From: Octopus sinensis | Taxonomy: Eukaryota | Assembly (NCBI RefSeq): GCF_006345805.1 | Contig: NC_043008.1 | Span: 73,470,001-73,534,000 of the forward strand | Length of the DNA stretch: 64,000 nucleotides | Direction: 5' to 3' | Part shown: one piece after another, positions 36,555-52,121 of the stretch | How positions within the stretch are numbered: the stretch's first letter is position 1 | Layout: each line of letters starts with the position of its first letter | Notes under the pieces: model-generated | The model's database searches: none | The model's input: only the letters and a program-made list of their open reading frames with translations | Told to the model about the DNA's origin: nothing | Program-made: the position numbers and the translations under genes

Positions 36555-38744
36555 TATAGCTATTAAATATTAGTAAGCAGGGTTTATACTTATGCTTGTT
36601 GGTATTTATTTGTCATATAAAGGGTTTGTTTGTAACCGATGATTACGTGTATCATATGTCGGGAACCAGTAGTAACCTATATACTTACACTAAATAAAAT
36701 GGTGGTGCTCAGAATTTACATGTATGAAATTGTCAGTAACGATTAGTAACCTAGTAGTAACCTAAATGAAGCGTAATTGAATTGGTTGCTTTACACAAAT
36801 ATAGAAGACGTTTGGATGGTAGCCTCTGCGGTGGTATAGTGGTGAAAACAATGGGATAGTAAATGTTGCAGTGTTATAGAAATGACCGACGTAATATATT
36901 GAGGTAACAGTAGTAAGTGCAGATTGTTTGGAATGGAATAGGAAGGTCTTTCTAAAAGGCAGTCAGAAAAAAAACACTTCTATTTTGGGAAGTACACATA
37001 AACTGTCAATTCCATCACACTCTTTTGGTGTCGCAAATGGGCTTTGCTTTATTGCAATCATTCGGAAGAAGTCTGTCCCCAAAGAATAACTTCTTGTCTT
37101 TGCTGCACGAAGAAGAACTGAAAAGTTTATGTCTATCAGCCATCTGATTTGGTCAAGCAAAAAGCAAATATTGACGACGTTTGAAGGAATGCAGTTGTGA
37201 GTGTAGTATCACATGAATGTTTGTAGAGGGAGGGAGAGAGAAAGAGAGGGAGAGAGAAAGAGAGGGAGAGAGAGAAAGAAGGACAGAGAAAATATGAGAA
37301 TTACCTATATAATACTAAATTTATCATTTCTATTCATGTGCAGCTAGACCCAAGTGATATAAAACTATAGACTATCGGCAGATCAAAAGGTGAAAACGTG
37401 TTAAAAATTCCAGACGTGTTACCGAAAGTCTTCATAGTTGCTAAGTTCAACATAATGAAAACATTGTAAGGAATGATTTTTCTTATATGATAGTTGGCAA
37501 ACAATCTGCAGTCGTTATTTTTCGCAAATTTATTAGACGCTCTTCTCATCTAATTACTCTATTATTTTCTCCACAAAACCACATCATTAAGGAATATTAC
37601 TTACTGAACCAACATTCCACCATCAACGCAAACATATTGTAGCATCTAATTCCCAAGGGCTGAGTTACTCTCCCCAACTGACTAATCAAATTTATATAAT
37701 CAGATTACAATATCATATCGCTGTAGGTTAGCTGTTCTATATTTTAGTTACATTGTCAATACAGTCTTTGCATAAGCGAAATACTGATTCACTTCCTGAA
37801 GTTCGGCGAATCAACATTCTTTATGCTTTCATTGTCTACCATTCTTCTTATCACATCCTTTACATACATTTAGTTCAGTTCGAGGCCAAAATATTTCATA
37901 GAAAAATATCGCCAGTTTAATTTGAGTGCACAGCACACAGTTTTTGCCAGCAAACTGATGCAAGGTTATCTTTATTGAAATGAAAACGATGCAGAATAAT
38001 AAGCCCAGCAATATAAAAGGAAGCGGTGAGGTGGTGCACAGCTAGAAACAGCCAAGCATAGAACTAAACCAATTTAGTGCATTTAGGTCTTTGTCTTCAC
38101 AATCTCAGTTCAAAACTCGCTGGTTCTATGCTTTAGCTTTTATTTGGAAATCATAAAATAAGTTACTATGCATCTTGGAATCAATTATAGGTAATGCATT
38201 TGAATCAACGAGGGAGATTCGATGTTGCACCGACTGCAAAACCTAAGTACTATATTACAGCATTTATTACTACACTGTTATAAACGAGCGTAGATACATT
38301 AAGCATGGAAAGAGGAGATGATTATAGTTAGAACATCTTTGAATTTTGAGGTATTTCTATCAGAGCCTTCATAGGAACCAGACAACAACAGTAGCTACAA
38401 TATTCTGTAATTCTGTCTACATAGGAACTAAACAACAGCAATGGCAATATTATCGGTCAGGACACACATTAGAATTAGAAAACACCAGTAAAACAAACAC
38501 GACCAAATGTACTTCTGTACAGGATTACACCTCCTTAAATATACAAAAATGTAACAATAATACGTTTATCAAATCACTTTTGCAAGATTCCTGATTTGAA
38601 ATCGTGTGTTGAAGCAGATATTGTTGTATTTCGGGACAGTCATTGTACTTATTTTTCCAAATAAACACATGCACTGTATATTTTTTCTTCTATTGCTTAT
38701 TACTGTTCTTATTTTCCTATTTTATTATTTTATTAACCCACAAA

Positions 38745-39030
38745 TTAACTGTAAGGTTAGAAATATAGTGAACAGCTTAAGATGTTCTGAGGGACGGTGC
38801 AGAAACATGACAACTACCTACATAGGAGAGACTGCGCGCAGTATAGGAGAGCATTGGCGAGTCCTCAAAGAAGGGAAAAGCACGTCAGTGCTCTACCAAC
38901 ATGCTCAGGCAGAACATGGCGGATCGATTAACAGTATAGAGGCTAAAGTACTATCGACACATAGAACTGACACGACACTTAGACTACATAACAGTCGACA
39001 AACCGAGCCTCAATAGAAAACATGAATGGA
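38745..39030 (+). pseudogene. Penelope-like GIY-YIG endonuclease remnant
   Basis: RNIVNSLRCSEGRCRNMTTTYIGETARSIGEHWRVLKEGKSTSVLYQHAQAEH...LNRK matches the PLE EN pattern Y...C..C...YIGET.R....EH. Confidence 0.75.
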
Positions 39031-42000
39031 AAACACAACACCACCTGACCAAAGAAAGTAGGAATGTAAAGCGAGAGGGAAAAGGGGAAAAGAAGGGAAA
39101 ACCCGTAAATAATACACAGAAACATACAAGATAATACACACACAATAGATATATATGCACATGCCTGTGGCACTTATGAGAAATAGAGATAGATGCATAA
39201 ACAAAAGTAAATAAGTAAATATATAAATAGATAAATAAACAAATATATCTGCCGCATACCTATGATAAATGTAAAACAGAGATAGATAAAATATATAAAT
39301 AAAACTATATAAAGGGCATGGATCCATACCAAGCGAACCTATGCACACACATAAACACACACAGACAATGGACATGAATTAAAATAATAAAATATGAACA
39401 ATAATAAACGAGTGAAGAAAAATATATATAGTGCGTGCGTTTATTTGGCAATAAATAATTAATAAATAAAATGACTATCTCGAAATACAACGGTAACAAT
39501 AATGTTTAACCAGAGAATAAAAACCAAACTTTATTTTGTCAGAAGTTTACATTTATTTAGATATCCTTCAAATTACAGGAAAAAGCGAATATGACATCAT
39601 TTAGACTCCCATACTTTCAGCAATTTAGTAAAATCATTAAGAATCATGGTAAGAATTATACCAAGAATATAACTAAGTCATCATGAAGAGAAAAACAACG
39701 TCGCAAAGGTCATTTTTCGAAGGTACACTGATCACAAAATTTGTTGAACACAGCATAGCAAACTAACAAAATATTTAATACTGCTGCTGTAGCTTCGAAC
39801 TATTGTTTGTAACTTACAATATAAATTTTTATCCAGATGAACGGAGCTAATTATCAATTAAATGTTAGGCCATGGCTATTATAGAGTGTCAACGGTGATA
39901 TGTTTGAAAAGGTTGACCTCAAGTTATGTCACCTGGCACTATTTGGTTACACTGGTTTCTCTTATCAATAAGCTTCAGTCACGTGTTGCTCAATGTTACT
40001 AAAACATTTCTGGTAATTAGTTACACAATTTTTGAGAAAACAAACGAAACAACCACCAAAGAATCCAAGAAGAGGGAAGCAACACATTTGCTAATCCAAC
40101 ATATTTATGCAGATATTCCACTGTATTCTAAAGAAGTAATGGTAGGTATGTTCAACAACGTATAATGACCTACATCTAAATTAGCGAGATATTCCAAGCA
40201 ATTCCAATTATGTATTCTCTCTATATTAAAACAGGTTAACTTTAGCTGACCTTAGCTAATTGAGTTTCTTGATTCTTTTTTCAAGTGAGGTTAATTAGTT
40301 GTCTAACTGTGATTGTTGATCAGATTAATTAGACAACTAATTGTTTATATTCAGCCTTGATTTGCTCCGGGCAATGCTATTTTCCAAATAAGATATTTAT
40401 TGCAAAATTTCAAGTAGGCAATTTCTCAGGATTTATTTTATTATCAGTTTCTATGTACTAAAATAATATCTGATTTATATTAGTTGTAGAGTTAAAGCCA
40501 GTAAACAAACACCAAAAACAACGGGTTTGAGTAAAGAAATTTCGAAACCATAGCATAGAATATTCAGTATTCTGGTATAAAGACATATGATTTAATATTT
40601 TTTAAATATATTAATGGTTTTATGAAAATAAAATGGGTTTTAAGGTGTGGTATATGACTTCTGTTATCGTCAATATTACATCGCTGCTACTTATGTTTAA
40701 CAAAAGAAAAACAAATACATTCAAACAAAAAAAAGTTTCAAATTGATCGAAGACAAATACTGAAATTCTTGCAATTCTCTACTAGTTCACAATTTAGCTA
40801 GCATTTCTCTTGGCAGGCAAGAATTCTTTAAAGAACCAGTACTAATTCTAGAAGTCCACACTTCTTTCAGTAGTCACCATTTGGAACTCAGCATAACTTT
40901 TGGAAGAAGATTTATTACAGTATTACTTCGGAAGATATCATTTTTCACTTAAAGTGAAGATCCAGATTCATCATTGTAACAATGTGAAATGTGGACACAG
41001 TACTAGGATTTACTTTCTCGACGGCCAATACGTAACATTTCATGGTATAATAAACCACCACACGGGAACGTTCTTGAAAACTGTATCATGAAAATCTTCT
41101 TGTTGCGTGCGCAAACGTGCTGTTACGGGGCACGTAATGAAGGAGACTACTGTTGTGTTGCAAAGGCAATATTAAGGGAAGGCTGAGGCACTGGAAATTT
41201 GATTCCAAATTTTAGAACACTCACTATTAAATCGTAAATTTGGCATAGTGAGTGCTTTCAAAGTCCTTACAGTTACAAGGAAAGGGGTCTTGAACATAAA
41301 ACGTTACCACAACCGAAAAATAAAGTCGACTCCATATTGATAGAGGAAATGAAAATATCTGCTAGATACGATAGTCTAAGTTTGTTCAAAGAAAACGAAA
41401 GGTGACAGTGACACACAAGAATTAATATATAAATAAGTCTAACAACACATGCAGCATTATACATGGTACCGCTATTCAAAAGAGCGTTTGTGCAGACTTA
41501 CATAATTTAACTCAATTTGTTATATTAATCTTGCTTGTATTATTTATTTTCTGGCAATTTTAATGTATTTTTATCAATATTTTATCAATTGTTTCCCTTT
41601 AATTTTATCAACTTTTATAACTGATGTTTTACGTTTCGAGCAACGTAAATTTTGACACTATATTACAAACTATGAATGCCTAATTAAGGTTTATCTTCCA
41701 AGCAGTTGCATTCGTTATATATATATATATAAAATTTAATAAACTCAATATAGGATTTTATGTTCTACTATTAGTTTCATGTTCTGAGAACATGCAAACC
41801 GTTGTTTTATTCGTCTGGTGTCCCAGTACAATCATCAGACACTGCCCACATGCATAAAACACGGTTTGGCATATTTTCAGCATATGAAACTAAAAGTAGT
41901 ACATAAAAGCATATATTGTGTTTATTAGATAATATTAATCTCTGAGAAACTATTACCATCACGGAACAGTACACTATATATATATATATATATAGGCATG

Positions 42001-43246
42001 AAGGCATGTATGCTTGTAAATATTCATACATGTTTACACAAAGAAGCACAAATTGCTGTGCATTTGTACTCGAATGTAGCCGAAGATTAAAGAACAATCC
42101 ATTTAACTGTTATGAAATGGCTTCTGATATTACTAGCTATGAAAAAACTTTCCTTTATCCATTTCACTAGATAGTTGCTTTCCTGTTTTCGTCTGTTAAA
42201 TACACCCGATTCAGTCTGCTGGAAATGCATTTTTTCTCACATGAAATAATAACTTTTTTGTACTGAAGCTGTAAATGAGGACTAAATGGGTATCACTCGA
42301 AATTGATCTCAAATTCTACTCTGGCATAACCGGAACTACTTAATTCTCAGCAAGGCCAATAAACTAAGCTGGAAACCATTATTTGGTTAAATTATTTCAA
42401 CACGAGAAAGAAATAACCAAGACAATGGCCTGTGAGAACATACGACATCGCAAGGGAAAAGTATAAACAGTATTTAATGGACGAACCTTAGATAACAGAT
42501 AAACCTTAGTTGACCTTATATGGGTATTAGTTTCTTTTGAAGAATGTTTCCAATCATTTGACACATTCTGAGTTCTTCAACTAATGTTCTTGATGGTGAA
42601 GAAAAAAAATCAATCTTTCTTATTGGTCTCCTAATAAATTGTAGTTATCTGATTTCAGGCACCGCTTTGGTGCCAATCTGTAATATGCGAGTGTTTCATT
42701 TATGATGTTAGGTGAGATTTGGCTTACTCATATAAGTTTGGCAATATTCAGCTTTTCCTAAAATTTAGTTGCTGATGAAAATGATCAAACATTGATCGAT
42801 CCATTTGAATATGTTAAATTTATATGGTTTATATTAATGGCAGCATCTAATTGTAGGTTAGGGTAAGCTTCCCGAAAGCTGAGTTTGAGAGTCGGTTTCG
42901 CTTTTGCTTGGAAAATTTTCCTTGTCTTACACCTATCTATTTCTTTCACTGGGACGGTGACAATACTTTTTTCACAATTATTGAAATATTGTGAAGATAC
43001 AAACGAAAAACCCAGTATTCGGTATGTATATAATGCTACACCTTTTCTACAGGTACTGATCACATCTTCGTTTTGCTTGCATCTAGTGTACCAAACGCGC
43101 AATCTTGATTCCTGGTTAACGTTATTTCTTTGCACTTTCTCATATAATGCCTGCAGAAATACTGACACTACAGCATTCCATTCCACTTTTCTCTTTAATA
43201 ATTCGATGCGTTTTTAGTAAGATTATTGAAATGATAGTATTGGCTT

Positions 43247-43560
43247 GGCTCTCCGTCTGTTACAATGACGAGTGTTCCAGCTGATTTGGTCAGCCGAACA
43301 ACGAGCTTGTCAATTAACTTTTAAGTGGCTGAGCGCTTCATAGACACGTGTACACTTAACGTAGTTCTCAGTATGATTCAGCGTGACACATAATATATCA
43401 ACGCAGCCCCTTCGAATTACAGGTGCAACTTATTTTTGTCAGTTGAGTATATTAGATCAAAGAGAAATTAAGTGTCTTGCTTAACGACAAAACTCGCTGC
43501 CGGATTTCGAATTCATGACTCTACGATCGTGACTCTAATCACTAAGCCAAGTGCTTGCAC
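43247..43560 (+). mobile_element. SINE family C, diverged
   Basis: Homologous to the reverse complement of 1727-1922; includes aagtgtcttgcttaacgaca and gactctaatcactaagcca. Confidence 0.65.
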
Positions 43561-44709
43561 ACTGTTGTAGTTTATATGAAGGGTGAACATTATAGTGTTG
43601 ACTAAAGGATAAAGTTTTGCTTCCGATTGCTCTTATATTACTTCACTAATAACACTATTTCTAGAAAAATTAGGGACGTGATTTTTTTATATTCATATCC
43701 TAGAAGAAGGTGACTCTTTGATCTTCGGCTAATGAAATAACATATTGTTTATAGAAAAATTTAAGGGCAGTGTGTGCTCGAAGTGTTTTATATTTGTTCA
43801 GCTGTTTAAATCCACCATGTTCAACGTTGCTTTTCAAATCTATAGGAATTAGTAAATATTGATGATATAATAGTGTTGATTAAATAAAGGATATCCACTC
43901 TCTTAAGAATTGTGTCATTGTGTTTAAGCAGAAGATATGAATTATCGTAAAGCAATGTCAGGGTAGTGAATCAATTGATTTCTTTTATACTAATTTTTGG
44001 AATTTTACTGTTTAAAAGTCACATGGGGTGAAGAGGTTGTGGAAACGTCCTTCAGATTTAGATTGGAAGTATTATAGAAATAAAACGTGCAGAGACGAGA
44101 CAAATCCTTTGTTTTGCTTCAGTAACTACTGATGATGTGCCGAATAGGGTATCGTACTTTAGATTGTGCAGAATAGTTTTAAGTGAACAGCCTTGAGTTT
44201 CTTAATAGTCCGAATTGACTTTAATTTCTCCTGCTTATTAGTAAACATTTCAGGATGCACACGTTGCCGATCGACCAATTGTGTCGAAGCCACACACACA
44301 CATGAGTTCACATAAGCAGATATACCTCTCTCACACACATTCTCTTACATATACATACATACGTCTTACTCAGGCATACTATTATACACACACACGCGCA
44401 AATGAACACACATTTTTTTCTCTCTCACAAATAATCTCTCTCTCCCTCTCACACATGTACATACACATACGCACTATCTTTCTCACATCCGCACTCTTCA
44501 CCTCATATATATGTTTTGCCTGTCTCACATATATACACATAAGCAGACATATTGCTCTCACATACATACACTTTTCACACGCGCACTCTTCTTGGCACAC
44601 ACAGTACCCTTATACAACTCTTCCTAACAAAAACATTTACTCTCTTTCCATCTATTGCTCTCTTCCCACCTCTCTTTCTTTCTTTCTCTCTCTCTCTCTC
44701 ATACACCGA

Positions 44710-44750
<41 letters not shown>

Positions 44751-46539
44751 TGTCTAATTTGTACTTTCATTTTGAAATATACAAATGCGTTCATCAAACC
44801 AAAGAAACATTGCGGTTGTAGAGTAAATAAATTCATCAAAATGAGTACAGGCAATTCAAATACTGTTCTGAGATTGAAATGATTCTGAAGATGGACATGT
44901 GCTGGTGTAAATACATTACAATAAGTGTATATTATAGGTTTGGTTAGATGTCATATTACAGTAATTTCTGCAAGGTGGTAACAAATAGATATCGGTTCCA
45001 TACCATACAATTCTCAATTTCAATACCTTCCACACATATTCTTTAGTGAGACATGTTTGTATTTGTTCATACATAAACATTTAAATAGCTTTGTCCTGTG
45101 GCGGAATCATCTTTAAAATAGCGTGTTCTTTGAGGTAACCTTAATTGAATCTTTAGTTTTTTCCTTACAGATTGATGAATCAATATATAACCAATCATCT
45201 TTAGTACTGTGTTGTGTGAAGCGTATAGCTACGACAGCAAATAACTCAGTTTAACGGTGTTACCAATAGAAATATGAGGTGATAACTCAAGCCTTAACAC
45301 ATACCCCACAAATTTGGAAATTAAATGCTGATGGTCGGTGTCTGCAGGGAAAAAGGTGGACATGATCTCAGTTGTGAGGGTGAGATTGCGTAGCATTTTG
45401 AGTAAGAACAATCAGGATTTGTTGTGTTGAGGGTTTGACAGTGAAGCACAATTGTTATTAGAGCAGAGACACAAAGTGAACTGAATAAATTTAGATGGGT
45501 TTATAGATGATTAGCTGATTCATATGAACAGGGGCTGTTATAGTAACAACAGATGAAGTAGATGGAAAATATAAAGACTAGAGAAAAACAACTTGAGAAA
45601 CAATAATCCATCTAGTTAAAAATAGATAACTGTTAGTAGATAGTGTTTAAGCTAAACTAGCAAACTCTTTTGTTGTAGTACACAAGGGGGGCTCAGACTC
45701 CGCGCACGATAGCGTAGTTAGGGGAGCGCTGTGAACAATAAGTAATTCCCATTGAGAATAATAATATAAACAGTTCCAACTTAGAATACAAATAGCATAA
45801 TTTCATAGCTCGACATATTCTCGCATTAAATATAGGAAATAAAGACTCATTTCGAAGACTTGTTGATATTCGAAACTAGGAGGGAATGTTTATGCCCCTT
45901 TTGCGACATTTGCAACTTCTGCGTAACTTCTGCGATAAAACTTATCATTGATTTTGCCATTCACAGAACTTCTTTAAAATGACTGTGACATGGTTGCTTC
46001 TGATATATTTTATTTCTGAAACAATATTGCCTAACGGAAGTACAGTGGTGTGATACCTATTGCTTCAGTTAATTTGATAACACCAGTTAAGAAATATTGT
46101 TAATCAAGCTTGAAGATAAAAGACTTCCAATAGCATCAAGTCCACTTCATCCTTATTAGTTTCCTATCTGAGAAAACATTCGACTGTTAAATTATGTGGC
46201 CTTCATCCTGGCTAGATGGATCTCTTTCTCACTGACCAGACTAAAACACGAAATTTCTCTAATATTTTTCCTAATCTTTAAAAAAAAAAGCTGCGAACAC
46301 CCGTGAGAATAGATCAACTGAGATTTCAATTAGTCGAAAGAAAGTTAGATTATTTAAAGAAATTATTATTCAGCCATGTGAAACACATTGGTAAGTATAT
46401 CCACACGTCTAATAATTGAACGTACTAGAACGCGTTTATTTCCACCATACATGCAGGCATACATACATGCATACATACATTCATTCATACATACATGCAT
46501 ACATACATTCATTCATACATACATACATACATACATACA

Positions 46540-46571
<32 letters not shown>

Positions 46572-47339
46572 CATACAAATATATGGTCAATACAATTAAT
46601 TCTTTAGGTCTCTGGGAACTTATTTTCAAACTATGACACAGATAAAGTTGTGCAATTACCATTTCTCAAATGATTGATGGAATCATTATCAGAATGACCA
46701 TTCTGTTAACAGCGGGATGCTGAAATAATTCTAATCTATTCTCGCTGATATTTCTTCTTAAATATATAAACATTTCTGTCCCTCTCACAGTTTCTGTCTG
46801 TCTCTGTTTGTCTGTCTCTCTCTCTCCCACTCTCTTCATATCTGTCTGTCTGTCTGTCTCCCCCTCTCTCTCTCACACTCTCTTTGGAGGTAGGTGGGTG
46901 TAATGAGCAAACTGTTTACGCTCGTGCTATTTTCGTTGAACACCTAAGAGAGATAAAGGTCAAAATGTAATAAGTCTCATTATGCAAATATGTATACATG
47001 TGTGTGTGTGTGTCTTTGTGTGTGTGTATGTGTGTGTGTGTGTGTGTGTATGAGTGTGTGTGTGTGTGTGTAATGACACGGATACTGATATTAACATATA
47101 GAAATTAATGCAAAAGAAATTATAACTTTTTTACTGACACAAATCGTTTAAGTTGGGCATTTTGGCAGAGTAACTCTTGTTCTATAGTTACACTTCTTAA
47201 TTTTTTCTTCTTCATTGTAGGTAGTAAGTTCTAACTTGTAGTCATTGTGTTCTTGACTAAGTAGAGGAGCAAACACACCGAGGTCTACAGAAAGCGACAT
47301 CCTGTTTAAAAACAAACAATGTGCAAGAAGTTTACAGGA

Positions 47340-48030
47340 TTGGAAACCGGCATTGAATACGAGCTACACCGTGAGAAAACTTCAACTATGATCGCTGACA
47401 TGCATTCCTAACTAATGTACAAAATTTTTCGCTCGGTCAGTGGTGTCACAATCCGTGAGCTTGCTACACAGTTTTACTGTGGTGTCAATGCATTAAAGAG
47501 AGCGGTGGAAAACTAAGAATAGGAATGTGTGTGTGCAAAGTGGATACTTCGACAGCTGACACCTGATTTGAATGAGAGAAGGGTAGAAATCTGCTGGAAG
47601 GCTTAGAAGCTACCGAAGACATATTTTTGCAGGCAATGAAACGTGGACGCTTGTTTATGATCGGGAAACGTAAGTTCAGTGCATGAAATGGCGTCATGTT
47701 TCTCCAGTTTCAAAAGACTGTGATCGGCACAGATCATATTAGGGATCGATTTGGAGGGGGATAAGTGTGTCATTCTCTTTGAAATTTTGGAACGTGGCTG
47801 TACCATGTTGAGTCTTACAGATACCATTAAAAGGAAGGGTCTGAATCAGAATCTGAAAAACGATGTGAACTCATCATGAAAATGCGTAATCACACACACA
47901 TCTTTGGCATCAAATTGGACAATCGGCAATTTACACTGGTCGCTTCTCCAATTTTTACCATCCAGCATATCTCGAAAGATTGTTGTCGAGTCATTTTTAT
48001 TTACCGAATTAGTTACATGACTTACATACG
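47340..48030 (+). pseudogene. Mariner transposase pseudogene
   Basis: KWILRQLTP (WVPREL-like, 47538), GNETWTLVYDRET (first D region, 47632), VILFEILERG, HHENA (47872), HPAY (YSPDL-like, 47959); several stops and frameshifts; TIRs not found. Confidence 0.75.
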
Positions 48031-48289
48031 TGACTGTGCCTTGATTAATGATTTAGGGGTGTCATTTCCATCATACTGGATATCAATACTTTGGTATTGA
48101 TTTTATTCGCTATACTCTCTTGTGTCTTATAGACTGGTTTCCGTAATAAATAAAACCCTCTGATGGAAGGATCTATAAATTTTGTGTGACCGTCAGTTTT
48201 GTATTGTTTACTCTGTTTGGTTTGTGTTGAATCTAATGTGATGTGTATGTGGTAGGTTTTGTTGTGACACAACCGCTGGGTTCATTTTT

Positions 48290-49510
48290 ATTACTATTAC
48301 TGTTCAGTTGTTTTACTTTTATCAGGTACTTTCACTGCACTACCGAGCATGGCTCTGTGTGCTTTGTATATATGATGTGGTTTGTTGTGGTGTTCTTATT
48401 TTCATTGTATTCTTTTACGTAGGATGTGTGCGGTGCCTAGTAGTGCTATTTTCTGTATGTTATATACATTCGTAAGTCCTGATATTTTGGTTATGTATTT
48501 GTCAATGATTTTTAAATACTTTTAGGCTCCACATTCAGGTTACTTCTATTTTCAGATCTTTATATTTTGAGAGTTGCTCCTTTTCTTTTAAAGATACATA
48601 GTCATCTGTTGGTAATGATACATCAATTAAAAAATATATTTGTCTTACTGATGTCTAACAACCACATCCGGTCTATTATCCTTGATTTCTCTATCTGTGT
48701 GTATTGGCATATCCCAGAATACGGTTGCTTTGTCATTTTCTGAGACCTTTTCTGGTGTGTGACAGTACCATCTTTCTTCTGTTGACATTCCATAGTGTTG
48801 GCATAATTTCCAGCGTATATAGATCCTAACTCTGTCATGTCTGTGGATACATTTCTCCTTAGGTAGGACTGGGCATCAAGAGATGATATGATTTCTTGTT
48901 TCTTCCCCAATACCACATATTCTGCAGTTACGTTTACGTTTCTGGTGAGTTTTTGGTTAGAAGTCTTTGATTTTCTGCTGCAAAGAAAAAGATCATCAGT
49001 CTCTGCTTTGAGTCCCCAGCTTTTCAGCCATTGTTGGGATTTTACTGTGTCGATTTCTTTTCTGTTCAACTCATCCCAATATTTACCATGTAAGGGCTTT
49101 TCTTGCCATCGTTTTATCGTGAGACATTGTTGCTCCAGTTTTAGTTTGGATTTTAGTTGTTTTACGGCTTTCGCTGTTTCCTCTTTTTATTTATAGCTAG
49201 CAGGTACTATGACTTCATTCTTGTATTTGTTTCAGCTTTCTCAAAGACAGAAAAGAGTTTTCTGTTTTGGCTCGTGTTTTGAGGCTATTTGTATCAGTTT
49301 TCTTAGGTATTTCTGTAGTCCTATGCTGGTTATTTTGCAGTAGCTTGCTATTTATATAAGGTCTCTACCACCTTCATTTTGTTGAATATATAACCTTTCT
49401 ATGTCAGATTTGGGGTGGTACATCCTAAATTCTGTCACTAATATTTTTTTGTTTTTCTAGTCTATTTTTGTTTGCTCATTTAGAGTCCATTTAAAGTATA
49501 CTAAACTAAA
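48290..49510 (-). mobile_element. R4/Dong LINE 3' part, same family as 32367-33637
   Basis: YHPKSDIERLY; IDTVKSQQWLKSWGLKAETD; RHDRVRIYI; 3' end gtgaaagtacctgataaaagtaaaacaactgaa matches 33600-33637. Confidence 0.85.
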
Positions 49511-49798
49511 AATTATATATTTACTTATTTAGCTAGTATCAATAAAGACTGATACCTGGTATTAACTAAAGGAATATCAATGTTATAGGACATTCTAATT
49601 TTATACTAATTTTTAAAACTAAGGGTTATATTATAGGTTTGGGAAGTTATTATTGTTACTCGATACATGATATTTATAGTTTCTTAGGGGTACATAATTA
49701 TAAGGGCTACTTATATAAAGGATTTTATAAATACTAAAATAAGGAAGGTAGATCATTTTAAGAAAGGGATAAATCAAGTACTTTCTAAAGATCATTTC

Positions 49799-49897
49799 AA
49801 ACAATATTGCCATATTGTATAAAGTTATAATATTCTTCTTAATAATCTTCTGAATAAACCCTAAACTTTAACTTTATACAATATGGCAATATTGTTT
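49799..49897. repeat. Perfect 29-bp inverted repeat with 41-nt spacer
   Basis: aaacaatattgccatattgtataaagtta / taactttatacaatatggcaatattgttt. Confidence 0.9.
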
Positions 49898-50330
49898 AAA
49901 ATATTTACCTAAAGTACTACATGATAAGATGTCCTCTGTTTCATTATCAATGGTCTGCTAGTGGCCGGCCCCCTTAATTGTCAGCTAACATCTTGATTTA
50001 AGTTTTCCTTTACCAAATCTCATGATATTGCTTCTAATAAATCTTGATAGTTTTATGAGTATACCCACAATGATTTCTGTCAACGCCCTCAGCCCCATTC
50101 CTAACAGACACTGCTTCTTCTTCTCTCGGGCTCAGATATACAAAGATTTGATAAAACTAGTCTATAAATTAAAACTGACCCCATAAAACAGTGACAAGCA
50201 AAATGTGTAACAAGTTTTTCTTCCTGATACCTTAGTAGCTTCTAAGCTGAAGTGAAGACAGCATGTTCTTTATCTATCTCCTTACCTTCTTGGAGGTTTT
50301 AGGTAAAATTATACTAATGTGTCCATCTGT

Positions 50331-50695
50331 TTTAATTCTATGTCTTTATGCAGCTGAGTATTGCTCTGTATTTAAATTGATGTAATGATTGCATTGTTGG
50401 ATTAAATGGAGTTGCTTGAAACGATCGTACTGCATTACCTGCTTATTTTGAAATTGTGTGGGTAATACCGTACTAAATTCTGGTGCCGTATCTTAAGTAC
50501 CATATTTAATTCTATGTCTTTTTGCAGCTGAGTATTGCTCTGTATTTAAATTGATGTAATGATTGCATTGTTGGATTAAATGGAGTTGCTTGAAACGATC
50601 GTACTGCATTACCTCTGGATATCCTTGTTGCTTATTTTGAAATTGTGTGGGGAATACCGTACTAAATTCTGGTGCCGTATCTTAAGTACCATATT
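50331..50695 (+). repeat. Tandem duplication with 174-bp period containing a degenerate HHR-like motif
   Basis: Near-identical copies; each has TGCAG-CTGAGTA...GAAACGATCGTA-CTGCA. Confidence 0.85.
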
Positions 50696-50701
50696 CATCT
50701 G

Positions 50702-50735
<34 letters not shown>

Positions 50736-51390
50736 CCTATATATATATAAATTCTAACCTACTTTTATATGTTCTAGAACAGCTTACATCAACACCCAAT
50801 TTATTATGTGTTTTTACGCCCTTTAATAATAATTGTTTTATATATGTAGGCTTACATCACAATATGGAAGTGTGTATAATTAATATAATTAATATGACTA
50901 ATAATGATAATTCATACTTTATCTGTATTCTTCTTGATAATTTGAAATTACTTATTCTTAAAATAGTCAAGTTCATTAGATTGTGAACTGTCTACATCTT
51001 GGTTTCATGCATGCAATAGTTCAATATTTCAAAATAGCTTTAAGTACGGAGAGAGAGAGTGAGAGAGAGGGAGAGAGAGAGAGAAGAAAGAGTGAAGGAG
51101 GGAGAGTAACAGAGAAAGAGAGATAGAGAGAGATGCGGAAAAGCAATGAAATCGAATGTTTCACCATCGTGATCCCCCACAGATCTCCGTCTTCTTTAAT
51201 TCTTTCGTCTATCAGGAATTATTTCATTTAGAACCTGGCACCGTAACACTTTAGAATACTTTGCTTTTATCGCGTGACAATTATATTCTTCCGTAAAAAT
51301 CTCTGGCGCCTATTTTCCAAGATATGTACACTTCTTTCTTTCATGAATCTATCAAGCATATACATCCATCCATCAACAAGTATACATAGA

Positions 51391-52121
<731 letters not shown>

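Noticed and set aside
38360-38470. CNSVYIGTKQ, a possible extra GIY-YIG fragment
   Set aside because: Too short and broken to support.
40293-41254. Short inverted repeats (14 bp at 40293-40342; 10 bp at 41218-41254)
   Set aside because: Short and AT-rich with no TSD or family evidence in the window.
41625-41650. Minus-strand GCTCGAAACGTA
   Set aside because: Only the 3' half of the minimal HHR motif is present; core and 5' stem II are absent.
42785-43186. 133-aa non-repetitive minus-strand ORF
   Set aside because: No recognisable domain or convincing splice context; a BLASTP or RNA-seq check would be needed.
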